Assembly (NCBI GenBank): GCA_946965045.2
Contig: OX337232.1
Span: 3,596,001 to 3,660,000 of the forward strand
From: Epithemia pelagica
Lineage: Eukaryota; Protista; Bacillariophyta
Length of the DNA stretch: 64,000 nucleotides
Direction: 5' to 3'
The translations under genes and the position numbers were made by a program. The notes under the pieces were generated by a model that had not been told where the DNA came from, searched no databases, and saw only the letters and a program-made list of their open reading frames with translations. Below are positions 43,377 to 56,200 of the stretch, piece after piece; the stretch's first letter is position 1; each line of letters opens with the position of its first letter.

Positions 43377-46300
43377 ATGGATAGTTCACCATCTGTCTCT
43401 GCCGATTTAGATGCTCTTAGTGAAGCCTCCACTATTAGTTCTGGCCGTCTTCTACAATGTGGAGAGAAACCGCGAGCACGGTCGCATCCCTCTTGTGAGG
43501 TTACAATTCAACGATCCGTTCGACGAATGGTGGACCGCGGAGTGAAAACTTTTCGTGCTGACGTCTCTTGTCTTCTCTTGGGACAAAGTTCCTGGTATTG
43601 GGGCTTGGCGTTGAACCAAGGGGATTGGAGTGGGATCTACATGCTGGCCAGCGATTATGAGGCCAGACGCACCAACCCCTTTTGGCATTCGGTTGCCAAA
43701 CAGTTAGAACCAAAATTGCACCTTGTGCCCAGCATCAACTTCATCCTGGGCCGAGGCTTGATTTCCTTGGTATTGATTGAAGGAGATCCAACGTATTTGG
43801 GGTCTACCTTACCTCATATACCGTCCGATTGGCCTGTCCTGATGCTTCTTCCTGCGGGTTGGTCACGTCCGTCCATCCCTGACGTGCACTGGCTCGCCGT
43901 GAGTCACACACGTTGTGGCGGTGTCACTACGGCCAGAGTCAATATTGGCCGTCGCAATCTCCCTCCTTTGCACTTTCAGGTGGAGGTTCGGCGGTCTATT
44001 TCCTCGATTCTCGATCACTCAGTTCGGCCGACCTCTTGCTCAGCTGTCGGGCCATCTCAACCATGTTACCCGCAACACAGTCAACTTTACGTCCGCAATT
44101 TGAAGCGTCATGTTTTGGTGCCCACGACGTTCTACAAGACTGGGTGGGGCCACCGTCCCCTTACCCCCGCCGAGTTAGGATCCGCTTTTGATCTCCCCTT
44201 GTGGCTGCCTCCTACCTCGGACGCCCATGCTTGGTGGCACAACCATGTGATGGGGGCGCGTTTTGTCCCTATCAAGATCCCTGCTGCTGTGTTGGGCGGT
44301 GCCATCCCTCATTTGGAACCGGACTATGTACATCATCTGGATCGAGCCGGGGAAAAGCGTGACGGGCCTCCTCCTCATTGTCCTCCGACGCCCAAACGTC
44401 GGCGAGTTTCGCCACCCATGGATGCTACAACGCGTGATGGTCAACCGGGCACGTGGTTTGCTCCCATTCGTGCTTTCCTGCCCCACTCAGCTTGGCTGGA
44501 CGACTCTCTCATTGCAACCAAAGCTACTCAGGCGGACGATGCGGAAGCCCCCTATGCTTTGTGGGATGGTCGCATTCGTGGCGTGTTTCCTTGGGTTACT
44601 GATCGGGCCTTAGCTGGGTTTCGCACTCTTGGCCTTTGGTGGTGGCGACGTTCTTTGTACCGTGGTTCGGGATGAATTGGCTGTCGCTTCTACCAGCGGC
44701 GCGCCAGCGCCAGGGGGGGGGTGGGGTGGGGTGGGGGGGGTGATGTTTTCTCTTTGCTTGAGGTCTGCATAGCTGGGCGTTCGGTTCTTTCTCAATTGCT
44801 TGCGGCCTCCTGGTGGGATTGGGACCACGGCTCCTCCCTGATCTTTTGGCGGTGGAACGGCCAACAACAACAACGCGATGATTGGTACGGTACTCCAATC
44901 CACGTCACTGCTCCTCTTCCACGCAACAAACGTCCCCAACGTGCTCCTACGGCGGACTCCCGACCACGTGTTGCCGCCAAACTCGCCAAGGTTCTATCAC
45001 GTGGCTATTTTGACACCGATGCATCCATCCTTAGTTTAACCGACTACTTCGATGTCCCCAAGGGTGACACCGACATCCGGATGGTTTATAATGGAACCAG
45101 CTCCGGCCTCAACGATTCCTTGTGGGCTCCAAATTTCTGGCTTCCGACGGCGGAAACTTCATTGCGCCTTTTAACAACCGCTTCGTACTGTGGAGACATG
45201 GACCTAGGGGAAATGTTTCTCAACTTCCCCATGGACCACAATCTGCGTCCTTTTGCCGGTGTGGATCTACGCCCCATCAAAGACTTGTTCCCTTCGGAGC
45301 TTTTGGAGGCGGGATGTGCAGACAAAGTCCGCTGGAACCGCCTGTTTATGGGCATGCTCCCAAGCCCTTTTCACGCGGTGGAACAGTTTTACTTGGCTGA
45401 GGAAGTCGCTAGAGGCTCCCCTCATGACTTGCTCAACCCCTGCGGATTCGATGAGGTTCGGTTTAACATTCCGGGCTCGGCCGATTATTCTCCAGTACGG
45501 CCTTGGGTGATGAAGTGGAACTCCCAAACTAACTCCATCGCCGGTGATTCGGTTACATACATGGACGACATTCGAATTGTCGGGTCGTCGGCAGAAAACG
45601 CATGGCAGGTGGGTAGACAACTGGCTTCACGCCTCCAATATTTCGGCATTCAGGACGCGCCGAGGAAACGTCGTCCGCCCTCCAAGACCCCGGGAGCATG
45701 GGCTGGGTCGGTCCAGCATATTTCAGACACTGCTGTGTCCAAGACGGTCACACAAGCGAAGTGGGAAAAAGGGAAAGGAATCATTCGACTGTACAAAGAG
45801 GCTTTCAAGAACAGTGATTCCCCGTCCTTTTTGCACAAGCAAATGCAACGCGACGTCGGGTTCCTGGTGCATCTAGCAATGACTTGTGCTTGCATGATGC
45901 CTTTCCTTAAGGGTTTCTACCTGTCCATGAACTTGTGGCGAGGAGGACGCAACAAGGAAGGATGGAAACTTTCAGCAAGGGAATGGATTACAGAACCGCA
46001 GGAAAAACTCGACACTCGAGAATACGACACGCTCTGCGGCTTTGGGAATGACGTAGAGAAATCATTCGACCAACGCGAAAAGGAAGACCTTCAACCTTCA
46101 CCTCAAATATCCGGTGTCCCAAGACTCAAGGCAGATGTTGAGGCACTGTCAGCTCTTTTTGACTGTGACACTCCCCCAATCATCAAGGTCCGATGCGAAA
46201 CCATCTTTATTGCCTTATACGGATCTGGCGACGCGTCTGGAGCCGGATTCGGATCCGCCATCCAGCTGCCGCAAAAGGGATTGTCTTACCGAATTAGCGT

Positions 46301-47256
46301 CTGGGATAGTGACGTTGTGGTGGGAGAGTCTTTCAAACTGGAGAGAGTTTACCAATTGTGTGGAGGCTCTGGAGGAGGAAGCGAGGAAAGGGACTTTGAA
46401 ATCCTCGGAAGTATTTTTCTTCACCGACAACTCAACGGTGGAACGGTGCTTTTACAAGGGGTCCTCCTCCAGCCCCAAACTCCTAGACCTGGTGATCCGC
46501 CTAAGACGACTAGAAATGGCACACTCGTTGCGGTTACTTATTTCACATGTGTCAGGTAAAAGAATGATTGCGTGGGGTGTGGATGGTATTTCCAGAGGTC
46601 AGATGAACAAAGGCGTCATGGCGGGTCAACCGATGCTGGCGTTCATCCCACTGCACAAAACACCAATTCAAATGTCAGACTCCCTTATGGGATGGGTAAA
46701 GTCATGGCTGGGGCCAAAGACGGAATGGCTTACCCCCATGGACTGGTTTACAACCGCCCACGACATCAGAGGCTGGACAATGCCTACTGAAGCAAACAAA
46801 CTGTCCCTGCCAATACTGAGGCCAGGACACTTTGTTTGGAGTCCTCCTGCGGGCGCAGCAGATGCCGCCCTGGAAGAACTCAGGAAGATTAGACACAAGA
46901 GACAAAAGTCTACTCATGTCTTTCTATGTCATCGTCTGCTTACTCCCCGCTGGTACAGACTGATGCACAAAGCTTGTGATCTCGTAATTACCATTCCGGC
47001 TGGAACGTCGTTTTGGCCTCGTGACAACTATGAACCTCTCATCGTCGGTTTTGCCTTCCCTTTTCTTAGGTCAAAGCCGTGGCAACTGCGCGGCACGCCA
47101 AAAATGTTCGCAGTGGAGAGGAAGTTGCGAGAAATGTGGAAAAACGATGAACTGGGTGGACGGGATCTTTTGCGGAAACTTTGCATTCAGTGTTGGAAAC
47201 TGGCCACCATGTCGGAAAGCATGGTGTCCAGGGTGTTATTTTTCGAGCGAAGATGA
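43377..47256 (+). pseudogene. Pol ORF2 of element 2 (MTase-like, RT, RNase H) with a stop at 44673-75 and a +1 T insertion at 46331-33
   Basis: DYFDVPKGDTDIRMVYNGT, DMDLGEMFLNF, YMDD, GDASGAGFG. Removing one T restores GESSNWREF, then FFTDNST and GVDGISRG. Confidence 0.9.
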
Positions 47257-48643
47257 CGGTTTCTACATTGCTAGCAAAAATACATCCTACGGGCAAGATG
47301 ATCAAGATCGGCTAGTTTCAGAAAGTTGGAAGCAGCAATCTCGGGACAGATCCGAAGACTTTTTGAAAGCAAGAAAGGGTGACCATTTGATCACCCCGTT
47401 TGAGTGTGATTTTTGCATCTTTCGCAAGCTGCGATTGCGAGACCCGGATCGTACAAACGTGCAAGACAACTATCTCATGATTTGCATCAGACGAATGAAT
47501 CTCGATGCCTTTTGGAGTAAAGCTCCCAGCACAGTAAAACAAAATGCAACCTTGGTGAAGCGTATGATTGAAAGCTCGGCGAAAGTAGGGAATCCGCATG
47601 GGCCGTTTGAAAGAGCAAGCCCTTTCCCTCCGCACGACCATTGTGGATACCACATAGCATTTCTCATGCTTGATGACTCGAGGAACCAAGGAAAATATCA
47701 CAAGACTCATAAGCAATTTGATTCGGTGAGAAGAATCCGGTCGGCATTCTCAAACTTTGTTCGGGCAACTCCTTCCACCTTGATGGGGCCGGCGTCTATG
47801 GTATTGGTGGACAACAATGGCAAAACCGCGAGCAGAATTGGAAACGACGAAAGTGGCTCTCTCTGGTTCTCAAGATTTGCAGAAGGTCTTAAAAGAAGAA
47901 TGGGTCAAGACTGGCGACCGGACCAGGCAATCACCCCGGATTTGCTACTAGCGGTACTCTCCTCGGTAGAACAAACGGTCGTGGACTCGGAGTCGCTAGA
48001 GTGGCAATACACGCAAATCATGGCGGGTACCTTTTTTGTGATAGCTTACGTATTGTCGCTAAGAGGGCCCGAAGGTTTTCTTCTGGACTTGGAAGGTCTC
48101 CGTCTACATGGAGACTCTCTTCGGCATCGGGCTAGCTGCGTGGTTATAGCATTGTGGGGTCAATTCAAGGGCGAAAACGCTGAAAGAGCGCACTTGCTTC
48201 CTTGTTGCGATATTACAGGAAGTGGCATTCCAGTTCGGACTTGGGTCCGACGAGCGGTTCTTTTGGCTCTGGATAACAACAAAACCAAGGGACCACTGAT
48301 GACTCATAGAGATGGAAAAAAGATATCATCTCGGGATATTGATGAAATATTCCACTTCCATTTGACGCAGGTGTGGAATCAAAGCCCCCATCTGTTTCTC
48401 TCTCACGAGATCAGTGACGAGGAAGACATTGTGAACAAGTACTCGAATTCTCGATCCTTCAGGAGAGAATCAAATACCCGGGCAAAAGAAATGAACGTAT
48501 TGATTCCTGACACAGACATCATTAACAGATGGCGCGTTAAAGAATCAGCAGGAACAAGAAAAGAAGGCGGGTCCATGGATCAAACCTACACCGATCCGAC
48601 CCTGTTGTTGGCGCCTTTCCTTCGATACACCCAACAGATGTGA
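47070..48643 (+). CDS. Intact tyrosine recombinase ORF3 of element 2 with an N-terminal Cys-rich finger
   Basis: SLRGPE, RSFRR, NRW, TY motifs; colinear with element 1 ORF3; no stops. Confidence 0.88.
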
Positions 48644-49632
48644 AAGAATATGACAGATTCGAAGTGGGGGGTACAGAGACCAACAGGATACCCTGATGCC
48701 GACATGGCAAGGCTCAGGCTCCTGCTCCTTGGGCTCTGGCTGGAAGTTCTTTGTGAGTTGCCCGCCTCCTTCCCTCCGTGGGCTGATTGTATGGTGCTAC
48801 CTGATCAGGCCTGGAGGGAACTAAGGGAGGAACAACGGGAATCCTGCAATTGTTCTTCGAGTTGGACCTTTTGGAAGCGGTCTCCACTTTCTTTGGAAAC
48901 AAAGTTGGTGACCTCTGAGTGGAAAGAGGGTGACCCTATTCCCCCCACAACATGAAGCAGATCAACTCTGTGGATTGAGCGAATCTAATATTAACTCAAA
49001 AGTGTTCTACTCTACTCTGCCCTTTGTTCTGGTTAGAACTGCAATGGATGACAAATCCATCTCGACATGGCGAAGAGGTGGGAGCTTGGGAAGGATTCAA
49101 AGGCCCGCACCAGAAGGGCAATATGGACTTTTGTACATTAATCCAAGAATTCGTCAACCTTACAGTAAAAATGTCACCTATCGACAAGAAATAATGGGTA
49201 TCCCAGGTAATCACTGAGTGGGTATTCTTGTACGATGACGAACGCGCCACACCTACCTATACTATGTCGCCCGTTCAGAACACTCTATGAACAGAATGTT
49301 TCGATTCTAGCTAGGGGAGCTTCTACTCTCTATCTAGATTGAAAAAAGCCGTGAGAGGTTAAGTCTAGAGGGATGCCATTTAGTTGTGCCTTTTCAGAGG
49401 AATAGTTCCGATCTGAACCGTAGTCGACACGATAAGCAGGACGGGTGCTGCTGCTGCTCCCGAGAACACTCTCTTGCGATGATTGGCAACCAAAGAAGTG
49501 CCATGTCGAAGGAATCTCGACTCACGACGGGATTTCTTCGTCTCCCACTAGTATCGTGTGGCGGCGAGCTCCGGCAACGGTAGGCCGCTGTATGCAGCTG
49601 GACAAGTAGTAGTTTCACACGAGCTCGAACGT

Positions 49633-49633
<1 letters not shown>

Positions 49634-49685
<52 letters not shown>

Positions 49686-49701
49686 AGAGAGAGAGAGAGA
49701 G
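49634..49701. repeat. (GA)n microsatellite
   Basis: Over 30 GA units with one GG interruption. Confidence 0.95.
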
Positions 49702-49975
49702 CGTCGTCCAACAGTATTTTGTCCGTGAGAGCAGGGCTTGGTGCCGGCAACTGTTGAGGACTACACCGAAGTCAGGACTTGCTGGATCGAACGTTGTGAA
49801 CTAGAATGGAATGGATCAAACATCCATGACCCGTGACGGATCAAATATTCATGACCACAGTGAATCCAAGAACAAAGTTTCCCCAACGATCCATGGATCT
49901 CGTACAATCGGTGGACAACCCCGTCTGTCATGTTTGCAATTCCTGTCTCAGTGTCGGTACAACGACCAGCGGTTT

Positions 49976-50328
49976 CTTTTCGTACGAGGGCGGCGTGACC
50001 TGTACCGAAACGTACTGGTGGGGACGATGGAATGGAGGAGGCGTCATCGTCGTCGTATCCGCCAGTGCTGTTGGTGGCGGTCGGTGGTACGCCGAATGCA
50101 AGGGCTCACCACCACCCTGAGGAATGGGGGCCCACAGTAGTACTTGTCGATTTTTCGTACGAGGGCGGCGTGACCTGTACCGAAACGAACTGGTGGGGAC
50201 GATGGAATGGAGGAGGCGTCATCGTCGTCGTATCCGCCAGTGCTGTTGGTGGTGGTCGGTGGTACGCCGCATGCAAGGGCTCACCACCACCCTGAGGAAT
50301 GGGGGCCAAAGTAGTAGTACTTGTCGAT
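49976..50328. repeat. 175-bp tandem duplication of the 3' end of the DUF6824 gene
   Basis: ttttcgtacgagggcggcgtgacctgtaccgaaacg... occurs at 49977 and 50152. Confidence 0.93.
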
Positions 50329-51527
50329 GGAATCAAATACTGTGCGGTTCGGCCGGTCCATATAATTTCTGGATGCTCCAAGTCCAGTTGTTGGTTTGGA
50401 TTATAAAGAAGGGAGGAAAGGGCTGAAGCCGGAACGACGAGCCACATTGTCTCATCCCATTTCAATTGAGGATCGGGAGGCCGTGTGGAGGTACTTCTAG
50501 GACCCGCTGCTTCTGCTGCTTCTGTTGGTGGTGGTGCCAGAGAAATGGATCGCCCGTTCTCGAGGTAACCCTGTGTCGGGGAGGTTTCATCAACGACACG
50601 AGGAGGAGGAGGAGGAGGCACAGCGGTGGATAGCATGGTATTGGTGGGAGACGGCCTTGCGCCATGGTCCACTGGTGAACTGCACCGCATGGTTCGATTC
50701 TGAACTGGAACCGTGTCATCGTCCGCAAGTCCACGGTGAATCTTGGACGACTTATTGCGGTCTCTGTTGTCATGCATCTTGCTGGAGGATTTGTGGTGTT
50801 TCGTTTCCTGGTGTAACGTGTTGATTGTATCATGACAAGAGTCCTGATCCCGGCATCCTGCGGAATTGTCCGAGTTGTCCTCCATGCGGGCCTCCATGCG
50901 GGCAACAGCGGTGTCTTGTGCTGGTGTCTCCTCCGCATGGTCGGATCCATTCTCCGCCAGTCCTCGACTCCTCTTCGTTTTGTTGACCGCTTGGCGATTG
51001 GCTTGTGCTTTGGCCAATTGCCGGAGGTACCGTTCATGACGCACAATAACATTTTGCATGGCATGAGCCGCTTTGTTCCGGGCCGACCGGGGCTTCAGTT
51101 CTCCCCAGAGTGCCGAGGAATCGTCCAGGGCCTTGATAAATCTTCCATAAATGGGACGATTGTCCTCATGGTTGTCGTCATCGTGGTCACCCTTTGTGGT
51201 GGTTGGGGGCTTTCCGAATCGAACGACATGACAAATGTCGGCCAAGACGGTCGTCTTGTCCTCCTTGGGGGCATCGACATAGCGTTGTCGGTAGCTATCG
51301 ACAATGTCCGTGAATCGAAGATTGCCATGCCAAGAGCTATTGCCCCGTCCCCGTCCACAAATGACATCGCACTGGGGGGAAACCTGATAATCCTCAGGCA
51401 AGTGAATCAATTCCTGTGCTTGTTGTGGTGGTTGTTTGAGTAAAGGAGGAGACTCCTCGGTCGGCGGCCTCCGAGACGCAGTATCACTCGGAGAGTCCAT
51501 GGCAGGAGTAGTAGTAGTGCAATGCAT
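50106..51527 (-). CDS. Single-domain DUF6824 protein, paralog of 25737-28289
   Basis: DVICGRGRG...GNLRF..IV..YRQRY...GRFIK...W.EL...ARNKAAHAM. Shares PAMDS and W..VPA.ALS segments with the paralog. Confidence 0.82.
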   Translation of the reverse strand: MHCTTTTPAMDSPSDTASRRPPTEESPPLLKQPPQQAQELIHLPEDYQVSPQCDVICGRGRGNSSWHGNLRFTDIVDSYRQRYVDAPKEDKTTVLADICHVVRFGKPPTTTKGDHDDDNHEDNRPIYGRFIKALDDSSALWGELKPRSARNKAAHAMQNVIVRHERYLRQLAKAQANRQAVNKTKRSRGLAENGSDHAEETPAQDTAVARMEARMEDNSDNSAGCRDQDSCHDTINTLHQETKHHKSSSKMHDNRDRNKSSKIHRGLADDDTVPVQNRTMRCSSPVDHGARPSPTNTMLSTAVPPPPPPRVVDETSPTQGYLENGRSISLAPPPTEAAEAAGPRSTSTRPPDPQLKWDETMWLVVPASALSSLLYNPNQQLDLEHPEIIWTGRTAQYLIPSTSTTTLAPIPQGGGEPLHAAYHRPPPTALADTTTMTPPPFHRPHQFVSVQVTPPSYEKSTSTTVGPHSSGWW

Positions 51528-53206
51528 TCTTGTTGGCGATCGTGGTGATTGCGTCTGGTTGGACAAGGAAGACGACGGGCGGTGGTTCCGGTCTCCTTCC
51601 ATTTTCACAAGAATGCCTTGTTGACGACAATGGACGTGCTACCAATCTCGGCGTTCCACAAACTATAGACAGGAGCCCAGTTTTATGCTGATACAAGAAT
51701 ATGTCTCGCAACCAATGCTGCTCACGTGTCCAGAAAGACAGAGAGGGTGCACGATATTTCTCGGAACCACCAATGCTGTTGAAGCTGGGAAAGCTTTTCG
51801 TTTTCTTCTTCTTCTTTCAAACAACAACAACTCGGTTGCCGTCCTGGTGTGTGTTTGGATCAATGATCAATCCCAATGGCTCGACTCCAACCACCACAGC
51901 ACGTACGGATGTAGTATATAGGTACGGAGTGTATCGCTGCGTTCGTTGGTTCCCCGTTCCTCAAGCTCGGCGCCGCCACGCAACAATGTTTTTCGGTGTG
52001 TGTATGTTTTTTGTTGCTTTTTTCTTTGGTGGAGAATAATTCTATTATTTAACCTGGTGGTGGCGCGGCGGACGGCGGACCCTCCATCCAAGTGGGACAT
52101 TTTTGGTATTGCCCTCGAAGCATTGCCATCCGTTGTTATAGAAGGTGAGAGTCCGCCGCTCCATCAGACAATAATATAAAATAAAGATTAAAAAATTAAG
52201 AAGAATAAATAATGGCGAACGTGCTCTACAACCTACAAATAATGCGTTGGAGGTAGGTCCACTAACGACTGCTCGTACCTACTATATAGTAAACAGTAGT
52301 ACTCCTCGTGCTTACTAAAGACTAACTAGTCCTACTCCTATTTGGCACGTACGTCCATGGTTACCCCCTAGAATAGTGAGTCCAGGTTGATCGTTATTCA
52401 CAGACAGACCCAGAGCATCAGAATGCTTGCTCCCTCTCTCATTCACGATCAGGACTCACCCTCGCTAGGGGAAAGGTTTCGACTTTCGACTTTCGAATCA
52501 CTTTGGGATTTCTGGGATTTGGGATTTGGGCCATAACCCATAACACTGTGTGTTGAAGAGGTGGATATTTTATGGTAGTAGAGATCTACTTCTGCTCTCT
52601 ACCTACCTCTAGGCGCACGATATTGTCATTTACGTGCGAGACTGCCCTACCCTTTCGATGTATTCCTAACTCCTAACTCATAGCGCATCCCAGAGGTTTT
52701 GGTCATCCTCTAATCTTGTTGACAAATGAATATCTTCCTTTCCCGAGACAGAAAGAAGCAATCGAAAGAGCATTCAAAGACGGGCTGATCTATATAATAT
52801 TATGTTGTATGTCTCAAATAATTCGGACTCCTCTGAAAAATCAAAAATAATGAAAAAATCGCTCTCACAATTCACAATGGAATCATGATGTGCATGCGCC
52901 GTGTTCCGTTTCCAATGTTTCCAAAGGGGAGAGAAATCGTCACCCCGCAGGCTACCGGAGAACAGCGAACTTCCACTATGGTTGTATTTTTTCGATCTTC
53001 AATCTGCTGGCTGCTGGAGGAAGAGGATGTACGCCGCATCTCCCCACGTTTGCGAAATACTCCCGTCTACTTCCAGGCGGGAGAGAGGAAACAAGTATTA
53101 TGAAGTAGGTAATTTCCCAAACGAGTTGTTGCCTATGAAACAATCACAAACACTATAATATATGAACCGAACGGACCTCTTGGAGTCGTACAGTTTTGCG
53201 CCGCCC

Positions 53207-56200
53207 TCATATCCTTGTGGTTGCGGCAACTTGTTCGTTTGGCTCGTGTGACTCTTGTCCATCCTGGTGGTGGTGATGCGACGATGGGACGACGGCTACT
53301 TTAGCAGGGAAACTGCCATCGGGACACATCCACATGTATTCGGGAGGCAGATCCCAACCTTCCTTGGGTGGTTGGAACAGTGGACTGGATGGTGGCACTG
53401 CCATGGGCGGCAATGCCATCATCCCAGCACTTTGTTTCAGGGTCGTCAACTCGCGCAAGATATAACATTGCACAATCAAAACCAACACCGTCAAGAGTGG
53501 ATGGAGCGTTGTGCTCAGACCACCACCACCCCGAAGCAGGCCCACAAGTCTGCCTGGAAAGGAGGGGACAGGCTCCAGGACGGGTACGGGTACCGGCTCG
53601 ACGGCTGCCGCGGCCGGTACCACAGCAGCCGCCTTTTCTCCTTGGATCGCTTGGGACATGTAACCACCCACTAAAGAGAGGCACAACAACGACAATGGAA
53701 CAAGACAGTTGGACATGTGAGTCGACAGGACGGGTCAAAGACAATGCCACGAGCCATGTCACCAGCACAAGATGACTTACTTTTCTTGAAAAAGTCGGTA
53801 AACTCAGACCGTGTCGTCTTTTCAATAATGCTCTTGAACATGGTCGATTTGATAAAGGTGATTTCAAACTCCATCACGACCGAAACCGATTTGCCATTGG
53901 TTTGCCTCTGTTGCACACGGATGCGATCATCGACATGAAAACAATCGGCCATGGGAACATCGTCGACAATGGTCCGCGTTTCCAAACACAATCCATAGTC
54001 TCCATATCGAGTCAGGTTTTGTTCTTTCCGGGCCCCGGCTTGTGGGGGAGCGAGTGGTGCATTCACCGGATGCTTGTAATGAATGACGCGTCGTTGGGGC
54101 AGTGGTTTAGCCGTGGCTACTGCTGGTTGTTCTTGTGGTGGTGATTCGGTTGCCGCTTCTTCCCAGTTGGTGGCCCGCAACGAGGAGTCTCCCCGTGACT
54201 CCAAGTACTTGGCAATGGAATGGGAAGCTCCATTGGCCACAAATTTGGACATGAATTCATCCAAGGTACATTCCAATTCCAAATTCTCAATCACCAAATT
54301 GCGATACAAACTCTTTTTGGCAACACAATCGGCCCATTCTTGTTGCATGGAAATTTGTGGGGGCTTCTCTTCTTCTTGCTGTTGTGGTTGGACCAATCTT
54401 GGTGCGGGCACTGCAGAGCCACTGGTCGTCTCGACATCTTGGGAAAAGTTGAGACGCAGGACCGAGAGATTGGGATCCGAATTCATGCGAACAAAGGATC
54501 CACGAGGGAAAAGACTGGAGGAAGCATCGCCTCCATGAGAATGCTTGTGACCTCGTGTCTTGGAGGATAATAATATTTCATTGTGCAATTCCAGCAAGCT
54601 CGCCCACACCTTGTCGGGATTTTCCATGTCTTGAAACAAGTAGGTTTGTCCATTCTTGTGTGTGACACAAATCCCTTGTTGTTCTTGTTTCGATACGATT
54701 TGAACTTGTTTCAAGGCAGTAAAGGGCAAATACACTTGCCGGGTGTCCCAAAAGAAGCGTTTGCCATAAAAGTACAAGCCTTTCCATCCCGCATAAAAGG
54801 ATCCTCTTACACCGTCGTAGGTACAGGCCAGGGGTTGGAGTTTGATTTCGCCCAACTTTTCGCGGACTTGGGGAGACGACAATCCGGCCACCGGTAAGGT
54901 GGACAATTTCGATGGTTTCTTGGACAATGTCGTCCTGGTGGATACTGATGGTGATTGGCGGCGTGTCTTCTCCTCCTTTCTTGGTGTGGACGCACCTCCA
55001 GTTTGTTCCTCTTCTTTTTCGTCATCATCTTCGTCCATGAGTACCATACTGGGTGCCAAGAGTCCGGCTGGATCGGAATTGCGACGTTTCAAGGGCCGAG
55101 TCACCATGGACGCCGACGAGGTGGGAGTGGACGCAATCGACGAGGCATCTGTTTCGTGATCCAACAGGGCATGGTTGTGCAAACTCACCAAAATGGGCCA
55201 AACGCGAGAGGGTTGTTGCAGGGAGGAAAAGGTGTGAACTTCTCCACCTCCCTGTGGTTGCGATTGTTTGGTCACGATGCGGACGCCTTGATCCAATTTG
55301 ATCACTTGCCGAATCATTTCTGGAACCCAAGACCACGCATGACCACCCAACAGCATTTCAGAACAAGCAAGCATGGAAACGACAAGGAATACAATCAGCA
55401 TGGTTATGGTGAGAATAGAGTTGCACCGAGACAAGCAGCCTTTGGATTTACGACGCCACCAACAAGAACCGGAAAAAGTCATGCCCATTGGAAATAATGA
55501 TACGATCGACCGTAAAACAATGGCAAACACACACAAGCTACTTCACAAGATGGACACCCCCATCCCTTCTGTTTGCTACAAGAATGACAGCAAGACATCA
55601 TGTCGTCCTGGTCTGCTGGATTGTGTCGAATCTCTTGTATGTTGTATTGTATATGTAGCAAACCAAACCGTCTCCATCACCATGGTGTGTGGTGTCACTG
55701 GTGTGACAGAGGCCTGTCAGAATATATCACACTGCTGCACACACCACACACACACACACACACAGAGAGTTGCCGAACATGGCTGCCTCCCAACAACCAC
55801 AATCCTTTCTACATCCTCATCCTCATGGCACACAAACCACTATAGAGAAACAAACAAGAACCGCAAACAACAAACAACCAGGCAACTTACCCCACGGCAA
55901 GGGAACTTTCTTGTCAAACAAAAAGTAGGTTCCCACAAAGTAGAGCGCTTGTCGACCGGCATACAAGGTCCCATTGACGCCTTGATAGACACAGGTATAC
56001 TGTCCCACAATCGTACCCGTCACTTGCTCGACTTGCGAATTATTATTGTTGTTGGGAGTGGGTCGTCCCCGTTTGTTCTTGTGGTTGGTAGTAGTCGTAG
56101 TTGTCGTAGCAATTGGTGTTGGTGGTGGAGAGCGTTTGGTGGGCAATGGTGATGTTGCTCCATGCGCATCCTTTTGTTCCTTACTTGCGACCTGGTCGGG

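Larger units (their letters stand above)
40480..48990 (+). mobile_element. Second, divergent Ngaro-like YR retrotransposon, element 2 (decayed; ends approximate)
   Basis: Same ORF order and motifs as element 1. No matching terminal repeats found; several disabling lesions. Confidence 0.88.

Noticed and set aside
40480-49320. Split direct or inverted terminal repeats for element 2
   Set aside because: No match longer than about 9 bp found by eye between the 5' and 3' flanks, so the ends remain undefined.
52480-52530. TTTCGAC and TTTGGGA short repeats as interstitial telomere
   Set aside because: Too few units, and they do not match TTAGGG or TTTAGGG.
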